64,000 nt of DNA from Leucoraja ocellata (taxonomy: Eukaryota): the NCBI GenBank assembly GCA_036785375.1, contig JAWMAR010000116.1, forward strand, positions 1 through 64,000, written 5' to 3'. The notes beneath the pieces were generated by a model. It did no database searches, was not told the origin of the DNA, and saw only the letters and a list, made by a program, of their open reading frames with translations. Each line of letters begins with the position of its first letter. Positions within the stretch are counted from its first letter, which is position 1. This document shows, in pieces, positions 38,612 through 50,907 of this stretch. The position numbers and the translations under genes are program-made.

Positions 38612-40203
38612 CAGTGGCTTGCAAAAGTTTTCATACCCCTTGAACTTTTCCACATTTTGTCACGTTACAACCACAAACGTAAATGTACTTTATTGGGATT
38701 TTATGTGATAGACCAACACAAAGTGGTGCATAATTGTGAAGTGGAAGGAAAATGATACATGGTTTTCAAATCTTTTTACAAATTAAAAACTGAAAAGTGT
38801 GGCATGCAAAAGTATTCAGCCCCCCTGAGTTAATACTTTGTAGAACCACCTTTCGCTGCAATTACAGCTGCAAGTCTTTTGGGGTATGTCTCTACGAGCT
38901 TTGCACAACTAGAGACTGAAATCTTTGCCCATTCTTCTTTGCAAAATAGCTCAAGATCAGTCAGATTGGATGGAGAGCGTCTGTGAACAGCAATTTTCAA
39001 GTCTTGCCAGAGATTCTCAATTGGATTTAGGTCTGGACTTTGACTGGGCCATTCTAACACATGAATATGCTTTGATCTAAACCATTCCATTGTAGCTCTG
39101 GCTGGAAGGTGAACCTCCGCCTCAGTGTCAAGTCTTTTGCAGACTCTAACAGGTTTTCTTCCAAGATTGCCCTGTACTTGGCTCCATCCATCTTCCCATC
39201 AACTCTGACCAGCTTCCCTGTCCCTGCTGAAGAAAAATATCCCCACAGCATGATGCTGCCACTACCATGTTTTACAGTGGGGATGGTGTGTTCAGGGTGA
39301 TGTGCAGTGTTAGTTTTCCGCCACACATAGCGTTTTGCATTTAGGCCAGAAACTTCAATTTTGGTCTCATCTGACCAGAGCACCTTCCTCCACATGTTTG
39401 CTGTGTCCCCCATATGGCTTGTGGCAAACTGCAAACGGGACTTCTTATGGCTTTTTTTCAACAATGGCTTTCTTCTTGCCACTCTTCCATAAAGGCCCGA
39501 TTTGTGGAGTGCACGACTAATAGTTGTCCTGTGGACAGATTCTCCCACCTGAGCTGTGGATCTCTGCAGCTCCTCCAGAGTTACCATGGGCCTCTTGGCT
39601 GCTTCTCTGATCAATGCTCTCCTTGCCCGGCTTGTCAGTTTAGGTGGACGGCCATGTCTTGGTAGGTTTGCAGTTGTGCCATACTCTTTCCATTTTCGGA
39701 TGATGGATTGAACAGTGCTCCGTGAGATGTTCAAATCTTGGGATATTTTTTTATAATCTAACCCTGCTTTAAACTTCTCCACAACTTTATCCCTGACCTG
39801 TCTGGTGTGTTCCTTGGGCTTCATGATGCTGTTTGTTCACTAATGTTCACTAACAAACCTCTGAGACCTTCACAGAACAGCTGTATTTATACTGAGATTA
39901 GATTACACCCAAGTGGACTCTATTTACTAATTAGGTGACTTCTGAAGGCAATTGGTTGCACTGGATTTTATTTAGGGGTATCAGAGTAAAGGGGGCTGAA
40001 TACTTTTGCACGCCACACTTTTCAGTTTTTTATTTGTAAAAAAATTTGAAAACCATGTATCATTTTCCTCCCACTTCACAATTATGCGCCACTTTGTGTT
40101 GGTCTATCACATAAAATCCCAATAAAATAAATTTACGTTTGTGGTTGTAACGTGACACAATGTGGAAAAGTTCAAGGGGTATGAATACTTTTGCAAGCCA
40201 CTG
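38612..40203 (-). mobile_element. Tc1/mariner DNA transposon, Passport-like (IR/DR type), near full length
   Basis: TA on both sides; 213-bp TIRs (38612-38824 and 39991-40203) starting CAGTGGCTTGCAAAAG, with internal direct repeats. Confidence 0.95.
38830..39824 (-). pseudogene. Tc1 transposase broken by one frameshifting deletion
   Basis: MKPKEHTRQVRDKVVEKFKAG...GRPPKL...WSDETK...FTFQ then MEWF...[15 protein letters not shown]...KGGSTKY; the QDNDPKH segment with the second catalytic Asp is missing at about 39100. Confidence 0.93.
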
Positions 40204-40389
40204 TACCTGTAACTCCAGGTCCATTAATGTGATTCACTCTTCCTCTCCAGCAGCTCAGCTAGGACTGGTACAGTGAATCTGGTTTAGTCAGTGATGTTCA
40301 CCTTCTGTGTGTAAATTAAAAAATAATTATGCAACCAGCTTAATCAAACAAAGGCCAGAAAACAAAACATTTATTTTTTGCTCTCCTAG

Positions 40390-40740
40390 AATTGTGAAAG
40401 GCTTGAATACAGTGGATGCGGAGAGGGAGAGTGGGAGAGTCTAGGACTAGAAGTCATAGCTTCAAAATTAAAGAACATTCTTTTAGGAAGGAGATGAGGA
40501 GAAATTTCTTTAGTCAGAGGGTGGTGAATCTGTGAAATTCTTTGCCTGTGGAGGCCAAGTCAGTGGATATATTTAAGGCTGAGATAGATAGATTCTTGAT
40601 TAGTATGGGTGTCAGAGGTTATGGGGAGAAGTCAGGAGAATGGGGTTAGGAGGGAGAGATAGATCAGCCATGATTGAATGGCAGAATAGACGATGGGTCG
40701 AATGGCCTAATTCTACTCCTGTCACTTATGATCTTATGAT
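40390..40740 (+). mobile_element. CR1 LINE 3' fragment
   Basis: EMRRNFFSQRVVNL motif and CR1 3' UTR. Confidence 0.8.
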
Positions 40741-40784
40741 CTCTCCCTGATTATGAGGTAACATATTTTTTAAATGCAAACGCA

Positions 40785-41500
40785 GTTGCACAATGGTAGC
40801 ACTGCTGCCTCACAGTGCTAGAGACCCTGATGTTAACACGGGTGCTGTCTGTGTGTGTTTCGTGTGACCGTGTAGGTTTTCACTGGGTGCCCCGTTTTCC
40901 TCCCATATCCCAAAGATGTGCAGGTTTGTAGGTTAATTAGCTCTTGTAAATTGTGCCTGGTGTAGATGCATAAGTGGGTTAACATGGATATTGTGTGGAT
41001 GGGTGGCCGATGGTCGGCCTGGACTCTGTGAATACTTCCTAAATGTTATGATTTCCCCATCCCTGCAGCCAGTGTGTACCAGATCTCAACAGCACAGTGG
41101 GTGTTGTAAACGTTTTCCTTCAAGTCACCTCGAAATCTTCGACCCCCTCAACTTAAACCTGCGCCCTCTGGTCATGAACATCTTTCTGGGTGGAAACGTT
41201 CCTCACTACTTTTGGGCAGCACAGTGGCGCAGCGGTAGAGCTTCTGCCTCGTAGCACCAGAGACCCGGGTTTGATTCTGACTGTGGGTACTGTCTGTATG
41301 GACTTTGAACGTACTCCCTGTGACTGCGTTGGATTTCTCCTGGTGCTGCGGTTTCCTCCCACATTCCGAAGACGTACAGATTTGTAGGTTAATTGGCTTT
41401 GGTAAAATTGTAAATTGTCCGTAGTGTGTGTGGGGTGATCGCTGTGTCAGCGTGGACCCATAGGGCCTGTTTCCACGCTGTATCTCTAAAGTAAAGTAAA
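40785..41500 (+). mobile_element. Two HE1-type V-SINEs (about 40785-41020 and 41214-41500)
   Basis: tRNA heads, V-domains and tails. Confidence 0.8.
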
Positions 41501-43244
41501 TTCTTCACCGACAGTTACACTTTTGATTGCCTTTATTTGAACATCTGGAATCCCTTCCATAAATCTGTCCACTTTGCTCTCTTTCCTCAGAAATGTCTCC
41601 TAAAACATCTAATGCATGACTTATTTTGTTTAATAGCAACTTTGGGGCATTAACAGCCTACGAAACATCTCAAATATTTTGTTACATTAAAAGGTTTACA
41701 ATAGAAAGTGTTTGTGCTGTTAGTTACCAGTGATTCATCATTTAGTTCTGTGTCAACATTCAACCTACACTGGTGTGATGGGAGTCCAATCTGTCAGCTA
41801 CAATCATATGTTAAATAAGGCTTGACTATCCCAATCTGCTTCTAAGGGGATAGAGGGCTGTGGCAGTACACTGCTCACTCTTGGCAATGTCGCCGATAGG
41901 CCTAAGGTACTAAGCGTGGGCAGTGAATATAAGTGTCACACTGGAACAATACAAGATCTTCTTCCAAATTAGAGGGTGTGGAGAATAAGCATAGGTTTGA
42001 TCTGCGAACTGTATTTGACCTGGGAAATGCCAGGTGCTAAGCTGAAAATTGGGAAGAATTTAGTTTTTTTAGTTTTAGAGATACATAGAAAATAGGTGCA
42101 GGAGTAGGCCATTCCTCCCTTCGAGCCAGCACCGCCATTAAATATGATCATGGCTGATCATCGACAATCAGTAGCCGGCTTTCTACTTTCTCCTAGAAGG
42201 GTTTTGGCCCAAAACGTTGCCTATTTCCTTCGCTCCATAGGTGCTGCCGCACCCGTTGAGTTTCACCAGCAATTTTGTCTACCTTCTCCCCATATCCCTT
42301 GATTCCATTAGCCCTAAGAGCTCTATATAACTCTCTCTTGAATACACCGTGGATATAGGCTGTTTCCACGCTGTATCCCTAAAAACGAAACAGTAATTAT
42401 TTTTAATCTATCCATTTATAACGCCCTGTACAGTGCCTAATATTTCCAGGTAAGTATTGTCAACAGTTATCTCTCCCCAGAGAAATTACATAGAATTGTC
42501 AGGGTCTAGACTTCTGTGTTTATTTCCCTGCAATAAGACTTGAAATACATTTTCTGAGTCAGAGGCGAGAGTGTTCCCAACTGAACTATAACTGGTCTTA
42601 ATAGTTCAGATTCTTTGATCTTCAATGTCCATTTCTCCTTCATCACATTATTCCATTGGAGACAATGCGTTGTGGGTGTTGTGTAACCTACTATCAAGTG
42701 CAAATGTCACATCCTGTTATTTATTGGGGACTGAGATGAAGAAGGGTCTCGACCCAAAAATGTCACCCATTCCTTCTATCCAGAGATGCTGCCTGTCCCG
42801 CTGAGTTACTCCAGCATTTTGTGTCTATCTTCGGTGTAAACCAACATCTGCAGTTCCTTCCTTTACATTTTCCAATAGGTTCCGTTGCCTTTCAGATGTG
42901 AGTTGCGTTCAGACATCACCAGATACTCCCATACACCAAAAAATTGTCACAGGCCTATTTATAGGCCTCTGTGCTTGAATAGCTTTCCTCTCTTAAAATT
43001 AGACAATCTTATATATTTGACATTGGCTACATTTCACAGTAGTGTAGTTAGATTCACATTGCCTTTGAAGTCTCCACTTAATGATACCCAGACCCTGTGG
43101 AAAATTTACGAGTGCAGTACGACTGTTATGGACTTGAAAGTCAAGAGTACTTTTAATGTCAATTTTTTTCCCCCTTTCTTTCAGATTCATCCTGTAGATT
43201 GACTGAATTGTACTGTTACTCACTATCAACTGTTTATCTTTTAG

Positions 43245-43559
43245 GTGTGTGTTTATCGGCTACAATCATAGAAGGTCCAAAAGATGCCTTTGCTTTGGTT
43301 CACTCTGATGCCGCATTCAACTGCACAGTATCATTGAATTGGAAAATTATCATCTGGATGATAGGGCGCATACCCATCCTTACCGTTGTAAAAGAAGGAC
43401 CAATTGAAACAAATCCCCAGTTTGGACATCAGAACTACTCAACTACGACCACATTTATTTCCGAACTCATCATCTCAAGGGTAACCATGCGAAACAATAT
43501 GACAGTACAGTGCAACATTCAAACCGACGAAATTCGACAGGCATTTCTGTTTGTACAAG
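43245..43559 (+). CDS. IGSF5: IGSF5-like exon, N-terminal Ig V-type domain
   Basis: ttttag acceptor; IIEGPKDAFALVHSDAAFNCTVSLNWKIIIW...FISELII...QCNIQ...AFLFVQ matches the recalled IGSF5/JAM4 pattern (IEGP.....L..S.A.FNCTVS..WK.I.W; F.SE.II); donor G|GTCAGT, phase 1. Confidence 0.88.
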
Positions 43560-43571
43560 GTCAGTATAATT

Positions 43572-43985
43572 TTCACTGCACACCTCCGCTCAGTCCGCAT
43601 GAACCTACCCGATGTCCCGGTGGCCCAGCACTTCAACTCCTCCTCCCATTCCCAATCTGACCTTTCAGTCCTGGGCCTCCTCCATTGTTAGAGTGAGGCC
43701 CAGTGAAAATTGGAGGAACAGCACCTCATATTTCACTTGCGTAGTTTAGACCCCGGTGGTATCAACATTGACTTCTCTAACTTCAGATAGCCCTTGCTTT
43801 CTCTCTCCAGCTCCTTCCCCTTCACAGTTCTCCCACTAGTCTTACTGTCTCCAACTACATTCTATCTTTGTCCCACCCCTTCCCCTGACATCAGTCTGAA
43901 GAAGGGTCTCGACCTGAAACGGCGCCCATTCCTTCTCTCCAGAGATGCTGCCTGACCTGCTGAGTTACTCCAGCATTTTGTATCC
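43572..43985 (+). mobile_element. Penelope-like fragment immediately after the IgV donor
   Basis: Encodes degenerate HLRS...PVAQHFNS...EEQHLIF..GINIDFSNFR; hammerhead-like motif at about 43896; TSD AGGTCAGT(A/G)TAATT. Confidence 0.88.
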
Positions 43986-44297
43986 AGGTCAGTGTAATTC
44001 TTTGGTGCAAATAAACAACTTCTACTTTCTAAACTTAGAGTTATAGAGTCATAGAGTCATACAGCATGTGAGAAGGCTCTTCATCCCAACTTGCCCAGGC
44101 CAACCAAGATGCGCCATCTATACTAGTCCCATCTGCCTGTGTTTAGCCCATATCCCTCTAAACCCTTCTTATCTATGTACCTGTCCAAATGTCTGTTAAA
44201 TGTTCTTATGGTACTTGCATCGACCACCTCCTCTGGCAGCATGTTCCCACCACCATCTATGTGAAGAAGTTGCCCCTCAGGTTCCTATTAAATCTTT

Positions 44298-44444
44298 AAA
44301 GTAGGCTGGCCAGGAATTTTTGATTGAAGAGGATCTTCCGGCAGATGAAATATAGTTGTGGGTTTCGGCCCGAAACGTTGCCTATTTCCTTCGCTCCATA
44401 GATGCTGCTGCACCTGCTGAGTTTCTGCAGCATTTTTGTGTACC
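44298..44444 (+). mobile_element. Penelope mini-insertion with 62 bp of foreign 5' sequence, inside a CR1 fragment (44040-44535, -)
   Basis: 15-bp TSD TCCTATTAAATCTTT at 44283-44297 and 44445-44459. Confidence 0.8.
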
Positions 44445-46091
44445 TCCTATTAAATCTTTTCCCACTCACCATGTTCTCTGGTTCTTGATTCCCCTATTTT
44501 GGGTAAAGGATTCTGTGCATTCAACATATCTATTCCAGAATAGATAGTGTAGATGCACAGTATTTCTTGAGTCAGAATCTGGAATCTGGGACTGTTGTCT
44601 GTTGACCAGAGATAGTTAATGGAATGATTAATAATCTATTCAACCCCCTTTTTAACAATCCCTGTTCAAATTGTGAAGGGTTTAACAGAGAAGACAAGGT
44701 CATCAATGATGAATATTTTAATAAGAGGACCGGATTTTTTTTACTAAAGTATGTTGTTTGATCTGAACACATTACCTGAACGAGTGTTTGGAGCAGCTTA
44801 AATAATATTTTCCAAAGGGAATTGGAGAAATTCTTAAGAAACCATTTTCAGAATATTGAGTGGAGTGGATTGGGACAATTTTTTTTTCTGAAAGGAACAA
44901 TTGGTGAAAGTAGGAACAAAGACCTACAGATGCTGTTTTCATAAGTTCATAAATGATAGGGGCAGAATTAGGCCCATCAAGTCTACTCCTCCATTCAATC
45001 ATGGCTGATCTATCTCTCCCTCTTAACCCCATTCTCCTGCCTTCTCCCCATAACCTCTGACACCTCTTAAATAAAAAGACACACGTGCAGCACCGCTGGA
45101 GAACATGGATAGGTGACGTTTCGCGTCGGGTCGGAAAATTGTATGATTCCTGGAAAACTGAAAATGCAATTATATTTGGAGATTAGAGAGCATTGATAGG
45201 AAAGAGATTTCAGATTTGGTGACTATATCCTTTCATTGGAAATAGAAGCTATTTGATTTGAACAAGTTTCAACAAGACTGCATGGTCCAAGGGCACGATG
45301 GCCTGCAGAGGGGAGATGATAGAGTAATTATCCTTTTAATCAAGCTTGGTGGCTACAAACGGCTCACATTAATTTTATGTACTTGGTTTCCATATGACTA
45401 TCATTATTTTCGACACATTTTCTGAAAGAATTACCAAGTTATTTTATTAGAAAAAAGGTTGTAGTTTATGTGCTCATTTCTCCACTCTATAAAGGGAGGA
45501 AAGAACAAAAGGGTTGATTAGATGTGATTAATTGACCGAAGGCATGCTGATGCAGGAGAAAGTGACAGGAAAAAAGGAAATGATAAAAAGATGGATGCAG
45601 AGAAGGTGACAATGATCACAGGAGCATTGCTGTATGTTTGGAAAGTCAGGCAAAGGTTGGAAATGCACAATTTACTAGTTTTGATGATATGCCACCTCTT
45701 AGTATTTTCAGCATGATATTTCCTTGTGTATTTCATTCCAATTCTCTCTCCTTTCCCTCTTTTTTGTTATTGCGTATGAATAGGGAGCAGGCAAAAGATA
45801 CTCAGACCCTCTTGCCTGCTCAGCCATTTTATAACTTCATGGCTGATCTGTACCAACCAACAGAAAAGAACATTGGAGACACAAGGAATTGCAGATACTG
45901 GAATCCTGAGTGAAATACAAAGTACAGGAGCAACTCAGCGGGTCAGGCGGCGTCTGCAGAGGAAATGGACAGACGCATTTTGGGATGGGACTGTAGAAGG
46001 GTCTGAAGAAGGGTCCCAACCTGTAATATTGTCCGTCCATTTCAATCATATTTGTTGTTTAAGAAGGAACTGCAGATGCTCGAAAATTGAA

Positions 46092-46242
46092 GGTGCACAA
46101 AAATGCTGGAGAAACTCAGCGGGTGCAGCAGCATCTATGGAGCGAAGGAAATAGGCAACGTTTCGGGCCGAAACGTTGCCTATTTCCTTCGCTCCATAGA
46201 TGCTGCTGCACCCGCTGAGTTTCTCCAGCATTTTTGTGTACC
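46092..46242. repeat. 151-bp near-perfect palindrome made of two head-to-head Penelope 3' fragments
   Basis: Centre at 46167 (tttcgg-g-ccgaaa); 75-bp arms with one G/T mismatch. Confidence 0.95.
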
Positions 46243-46321
46243 ATCGTATTTGCTGCCTGACCCGCTGAATTATTCCAGCACTTTATGCTTTGAGAAAAGA
46301 ACATTCAATTGCAGCTCTGAA

Positions 46322-46590
46322 TTTAGAGATACAGTGTGGAAACAGGCCCTTTTTGCCCACGATTCCAGCACATTAACACTATCCTACAAACACTAAGGAC
46401 AATTTACATTTATACCAAGCCAATTAACCTACAAACCTGGACGCCTTTGGAGTGTGGGAGAAACCCGAAGATCTCGGAGAAAAACCATACAGGTCAGGAG
46501 GAGGAGGTAATACTCCGTACAGACAAGCACCCGTAGTCAGGATCTGACCCGGAGATCTGACGCTGTAAGGCACCAACTCCTCCGCTGCAT
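46322..46590 (-). mobile_element. HE1-type V-SINE
   Basis: Tail, V-domain and head. Confidence 0.8.
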
Positions 46591-47339
46591 CAACGTTTAA
46601 AATAAAGTTCACCCTGGATTCCTTCTGTGGCTTAAAAACTAATTTTACAACATTTTACTTGGCTGTTAAAATATTTTCTCTTCTTTCATCTTGTTCATTA
46701 TTTCTAATACAGCTTTGGTTCTGTCTAGTAAATTGTTTTGACCTCTGCTTCGAACCAACAAAGCACCTCCTCATTATTTATGTCAGGATGGTTTAAAGAT
46801 AAGCGGCAACGTGAGCTCATTATTTTAGGTTCTGCATTGCGGCCGACCCGCAGTTCAAATGTGATGTGACGATCAAACCGCTCTTTCATCTAACAAGATC
46901 AGAGGTTCGAGTGGAAGATGTAGTAGAGAAGGGAGCAAAAACAGGGGGGGTTACAGGGACTATCCGAAATATCAAAAGAAATGCATCATGACAGTTGCCT
47001 GTACTAGACTGATGGCAATCCTTTGCAATCGCCCCCTTGGTTTGCTTTTCATCTTTTGTGCTTTGATTTTGTGTGTGTGTGTACAGTTCTGTTCACACTC
47101 TCCAGACACATGAGAAGGTTTTTTTTAAAAATCCTACTTTGTCCTTTTTATTTACTCTCACATACACAATCACAAACATCCATTCCCCAGTGGGTACGCA
47201 AGCAGCGCTATATGTTTCCACTCGCAGCTTGCATTAATGCAGTAAGGAGGTCTAAGGTGCTTTGTGGGAACGTTAAACCCGGAACTACATAAGGGTGCAT
47301 TAAGCATGGTTAAGGAAGTGGAACGTTTAGATTTTTTTA

Positions 47340-48350
47340 GTTCAGAGATAATGCTAAAGCAAGCCCTTCGGACCACTGAGTCCGCGCTGACCAGCGATCC
47401 CCATACACTAGCCCCAACCAACACATTGGGGACAATTTGCGATTTTTACCAAAGTCACTTAGCCTACAAACCTGCACATTTTTGGTGTGTGAGACAAAAC
47501 CAGAACACCCAGGGAAAACCCATGTGGTCACGTGGAGAACGTACAACTCTGTACAGACAGCATCCGTAGTCAGGATCGAACTCCAGTGTCTGCCGCTGTA
47601 AGGCAGCAACTCTGCCACTGCACCAGCACACACACCACACTGTGCCGACATAAGTTGAACAATTATGCTTGAAAATTGGATGATGTATCCACACTTTTTA
47701 GATGTCAAAATCACATTTTTTTCCAAATTTAATCTGGAGTAAAAAGAAAAGGAACTGTAGATGCTGGTTATAAAACAAAAATACATAAAGTGCTGGAGTA
47801 ACTCAACAAGTCAGGCAGCATCTCTGGAGATAATGGATTGGTAATGTTTTGAGTTGGGACTCTTCTTGAGATTGAAAACCTTCTTCAGTCCTGACCCCAA
47901 AACGTCACCTACCCATGTTCTTCAGAGGTGCTGCATTACCCGCTGAGTTACACCAGCACTTCGTGTCCTATTTTTACTTTGGAGTAGATTGTGCTGACAA
48001 TCATTTCAAGGTGAAATTGTACCATCTGCAAAATAATACTGCCTCTCTACTGTTGCCACAGTGGCGCAGTGGTAGAGCTGCTGCCTTACAGCGCCAGAGA
48101 AAACCGGGTTTGATCCTGACTACAGATGCTGTCTGTACGGAGTTTGTACGTTCTCCCCGCGACCGCCTGGGTTTTATCCAGATGCTTTGGTTTCCTCCCA
48201 CACTCAAAAGATGTGCAGGTTTGGAGGTTAATTTGGCTTCGGTAAAAATTGTAAATTGTCCTTAGTGCTTAGTGCTAGTGTATGGGTTGATCGGTAGGCA
48301 GCGCGGACCTGATGGACTGAAGGGCCTGTTTCCGCACTGTATCTAGAAAA
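47340..48350. mobile_element. Inverted pair of HE1-type SINEs (47340-47650 -, 48055-48350 +) around a Penelope fold-back (47751-47970)
   Basis: Recognisable SINE heads and V-domains in opposite orientation. Confidence 0.8.
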
Positions 48351-48852
48351 ATTTAAAGCCTAAAGAACTGGGCACTTAGCTGTGTGATCCATACAAACAC
48401 TCCTGACATTTGCCAACATTCAATACACCATGATGACATGGCTGCACTAGCAGCTGGTGTCTTTTGCCAATAAAGGCAGAAATTGGAGCTCAAAGTTCCA
48501 AATTGTGATGGTTATGGAATAGTCTCCTTTGAGCGTGAGCACATCGCTGGTCTACTTGTTATTTAGTGGACACTGTGCTGGCATGGTGTTATTTCAGAAT
48601 TGATTGCGAGTCGCACAAATGTATTCTAAAATTCACAGCGTGCTCCAGAGCTACCAAGGAGTATTTCACACGTCACATATCTGCTGAGCTATTCAGCAGT
48701 TCCACTGTTGGCAGCACTGAAGGAGAAAGTAAACTGTGTGGGTCAGTGGTGATGTGGCAGGAAGCAATATCATATCAGTTGCAACTTTTAGAAAATCTCA
48801 AGAGACGGTATAACCTACCTGGACCTCACTGATGAATTATTAATTCAAAGCT

Positions 48853-49290
48853 GTGTGTAGGATGGAACTGCAGAGGCTGGTTGACACAGAAGTTGGACAC
48901 AAAATGCTGATTGACTCAGCGGGACAGGCAGCATCTCTGGAGAAAAGGAATGGGTGCTATTTTGGGTTGAGACCCTTTCTCACACTGAGAGTCAGGGGAG
49001 AGGGAGACATAGAGATATGGAAGGGAATGGTGTGAAAACGAGAGATCAAGAGATCGAGCAGGGAAAGCAAGGGTTACTTGAAGTTAGAGAAGTCAATATT
49101 CATATCGCTGGGTTGTAAGCTGCTCAAGTGAAATTTGAGCTGCTGTTCCTCCACACCTTACCCTTCAAAATCTCTATGCCTCCCTCTCCCCTGACTCTCA
49201 GTCTGAAGAAGGGTCTCGACCCGAAATGTCACCCATTCCTTCTCTCCAGAGATGTTGCCTGATCCGCTGTTACTCCACCATTTTGTGTCT
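48853..49290. repeat. Penelope-derived fold-back with inverted arms
   Basis: ctgagagtcaggggagagggagacatagag is inverted as ctctatgcctccctctcccctgactctcag; hammerhead-like motif at 49203. Confidence 0.8.
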
Positions 49291-50245
49291 ACTTTCAACG
49301 CCAAATGTGGCATTCCGCACCTGTGACTGAACTTCTCTCTCCATCGTCAAGGTCAAAGGGATTCTCAGATTCCTTGCCATCAGATCTGCCCGAGTGACCA
49401 CGTTAGATCTCTTCCGCGTCCCACCATTTTCTGCTAAGCACAAATTCGAACAGGTCACCCAAGGAAGTGATTTTTTTTATCCATCCCTTTTGGCTTCACT
49501 GAGCACCCAGCGGCACCTCAGAAAATGGGATTTGATGGCTTCCCATGAATGCAAAAAAGATACGGATTGCACTCGCCTGTCCAAATGTCCCACGCCAGTC
49601 ATTGCTTCTTCTCCTTTGTCCTGCTCGGCAGAAAGTACAGAACCTTGAAAGCACGCATCACCAGACCAAGGAACAGCTTCTTTCCCTCTGTTTGCAGTCT
49701 GCTATGTCTGAAGGCGACCAGGTTTTCTCATGAGCATGTTGAGCTCCTGACATTATAACCTTTGTATCCTTTCTAGGTAAGGCATTGCAAACCCTCTTAT
49801 CCTTGTGACACTCTTGTAGTCACAGCCTCCCAACCCTGAAAGGACCTGTTTATTTCCACTCCCTGTGTTCTGTCAGCTAACCAATCCTCAATCCGTCCAA
49901 GTATGTTATCCTGCAATACTGTGCAATCTTTATCTCTTTTAATACTCTCTATGTGACAACTTCGTGAAGGCCTCTGAAATATCAAATGCTCCAGATCAAC
50001 TTGTTTGCCCTTGTCTATTCTGCCAGTTACTACCTCAAAATACTTCGAGACTTGTCAAACATGATTTCCCTTTCATAAATCCACAGTGACTCTGAGCAAT
50101 CTTATTATTATTTTCTAGATGCCCTAGTGTTGCTTCTTTAGTAACCAATTTCAGCATGTTTCCCACAGCTGACATGAGACTGACTGATCTGAAGTTCCCT
50201 CTCTTGCCTTTCTATAAGTGTGTTATGTTTGCTGCCTTCCAGTCC

Positions 50246-50550
50246 TTAGTTTTAATTTAGAGATACAGCACAAAAACAGGCCCTTCAGTCCACTGAGTCC
50301 GCACCAACGTATCACCCCATACACTAGCACTATCCTACACACTAGGGATAATTTACAATCTTTGCCGAAGCCAATTAACCCACAAACCTGTACGTCTTGG
50401 GAGCGTGGGAGAAAACCGGAGCACCTAGAGAAAACCCACGTGGTCACAGGGAGAACGTACAAACTCCTTACAGATGGAACCCGCAGTCAGGATCGAACGC
50501 TGGTCTCTAGCGCTAGGCAGCACCTCTACCACTGCGCCACTGTGCGGCCC
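50246..50550 (-). mobile_element. HE1-type V-SINE inserted in an older CR1 fragment (about 49790-50700, -)
   Basis: SINE head, V-domain and tail; flanking CR1 RT remnants (ILGRIEDWLADR.Q.V.IN). Confidence 0.8.
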
Positions 50551-50907
50551 CGTCTGACAGAGTTATTTCAGAATTTATGGAATTTTAGAAGATGACAACC
50601 AGGACCTCCACTATCACCATGGCGACATCCTTCAATTTTCTTGGATGCAACTACTGCAGATCCATCATTGTTAAGTCTCATTAATGTCTCCGCTGCTTGG
50701 TTTTTACTATTTACCTTGAGCTCCTCATTCATTGTAGACATACAATTATTTACTGCTCTCAAAAAGCTTTGTGTCTCTTCCGTGAATTCAAGCAAAAAAT
50801 ACACGTTTGATTTCTTGTTAGCTATGGCTTGCCCACTTTTTTACCTTGATTTTTGTTTTATGTTGAAGATATATATAAAATACACATAAATCATTGGTGA
50901 CACCGGT

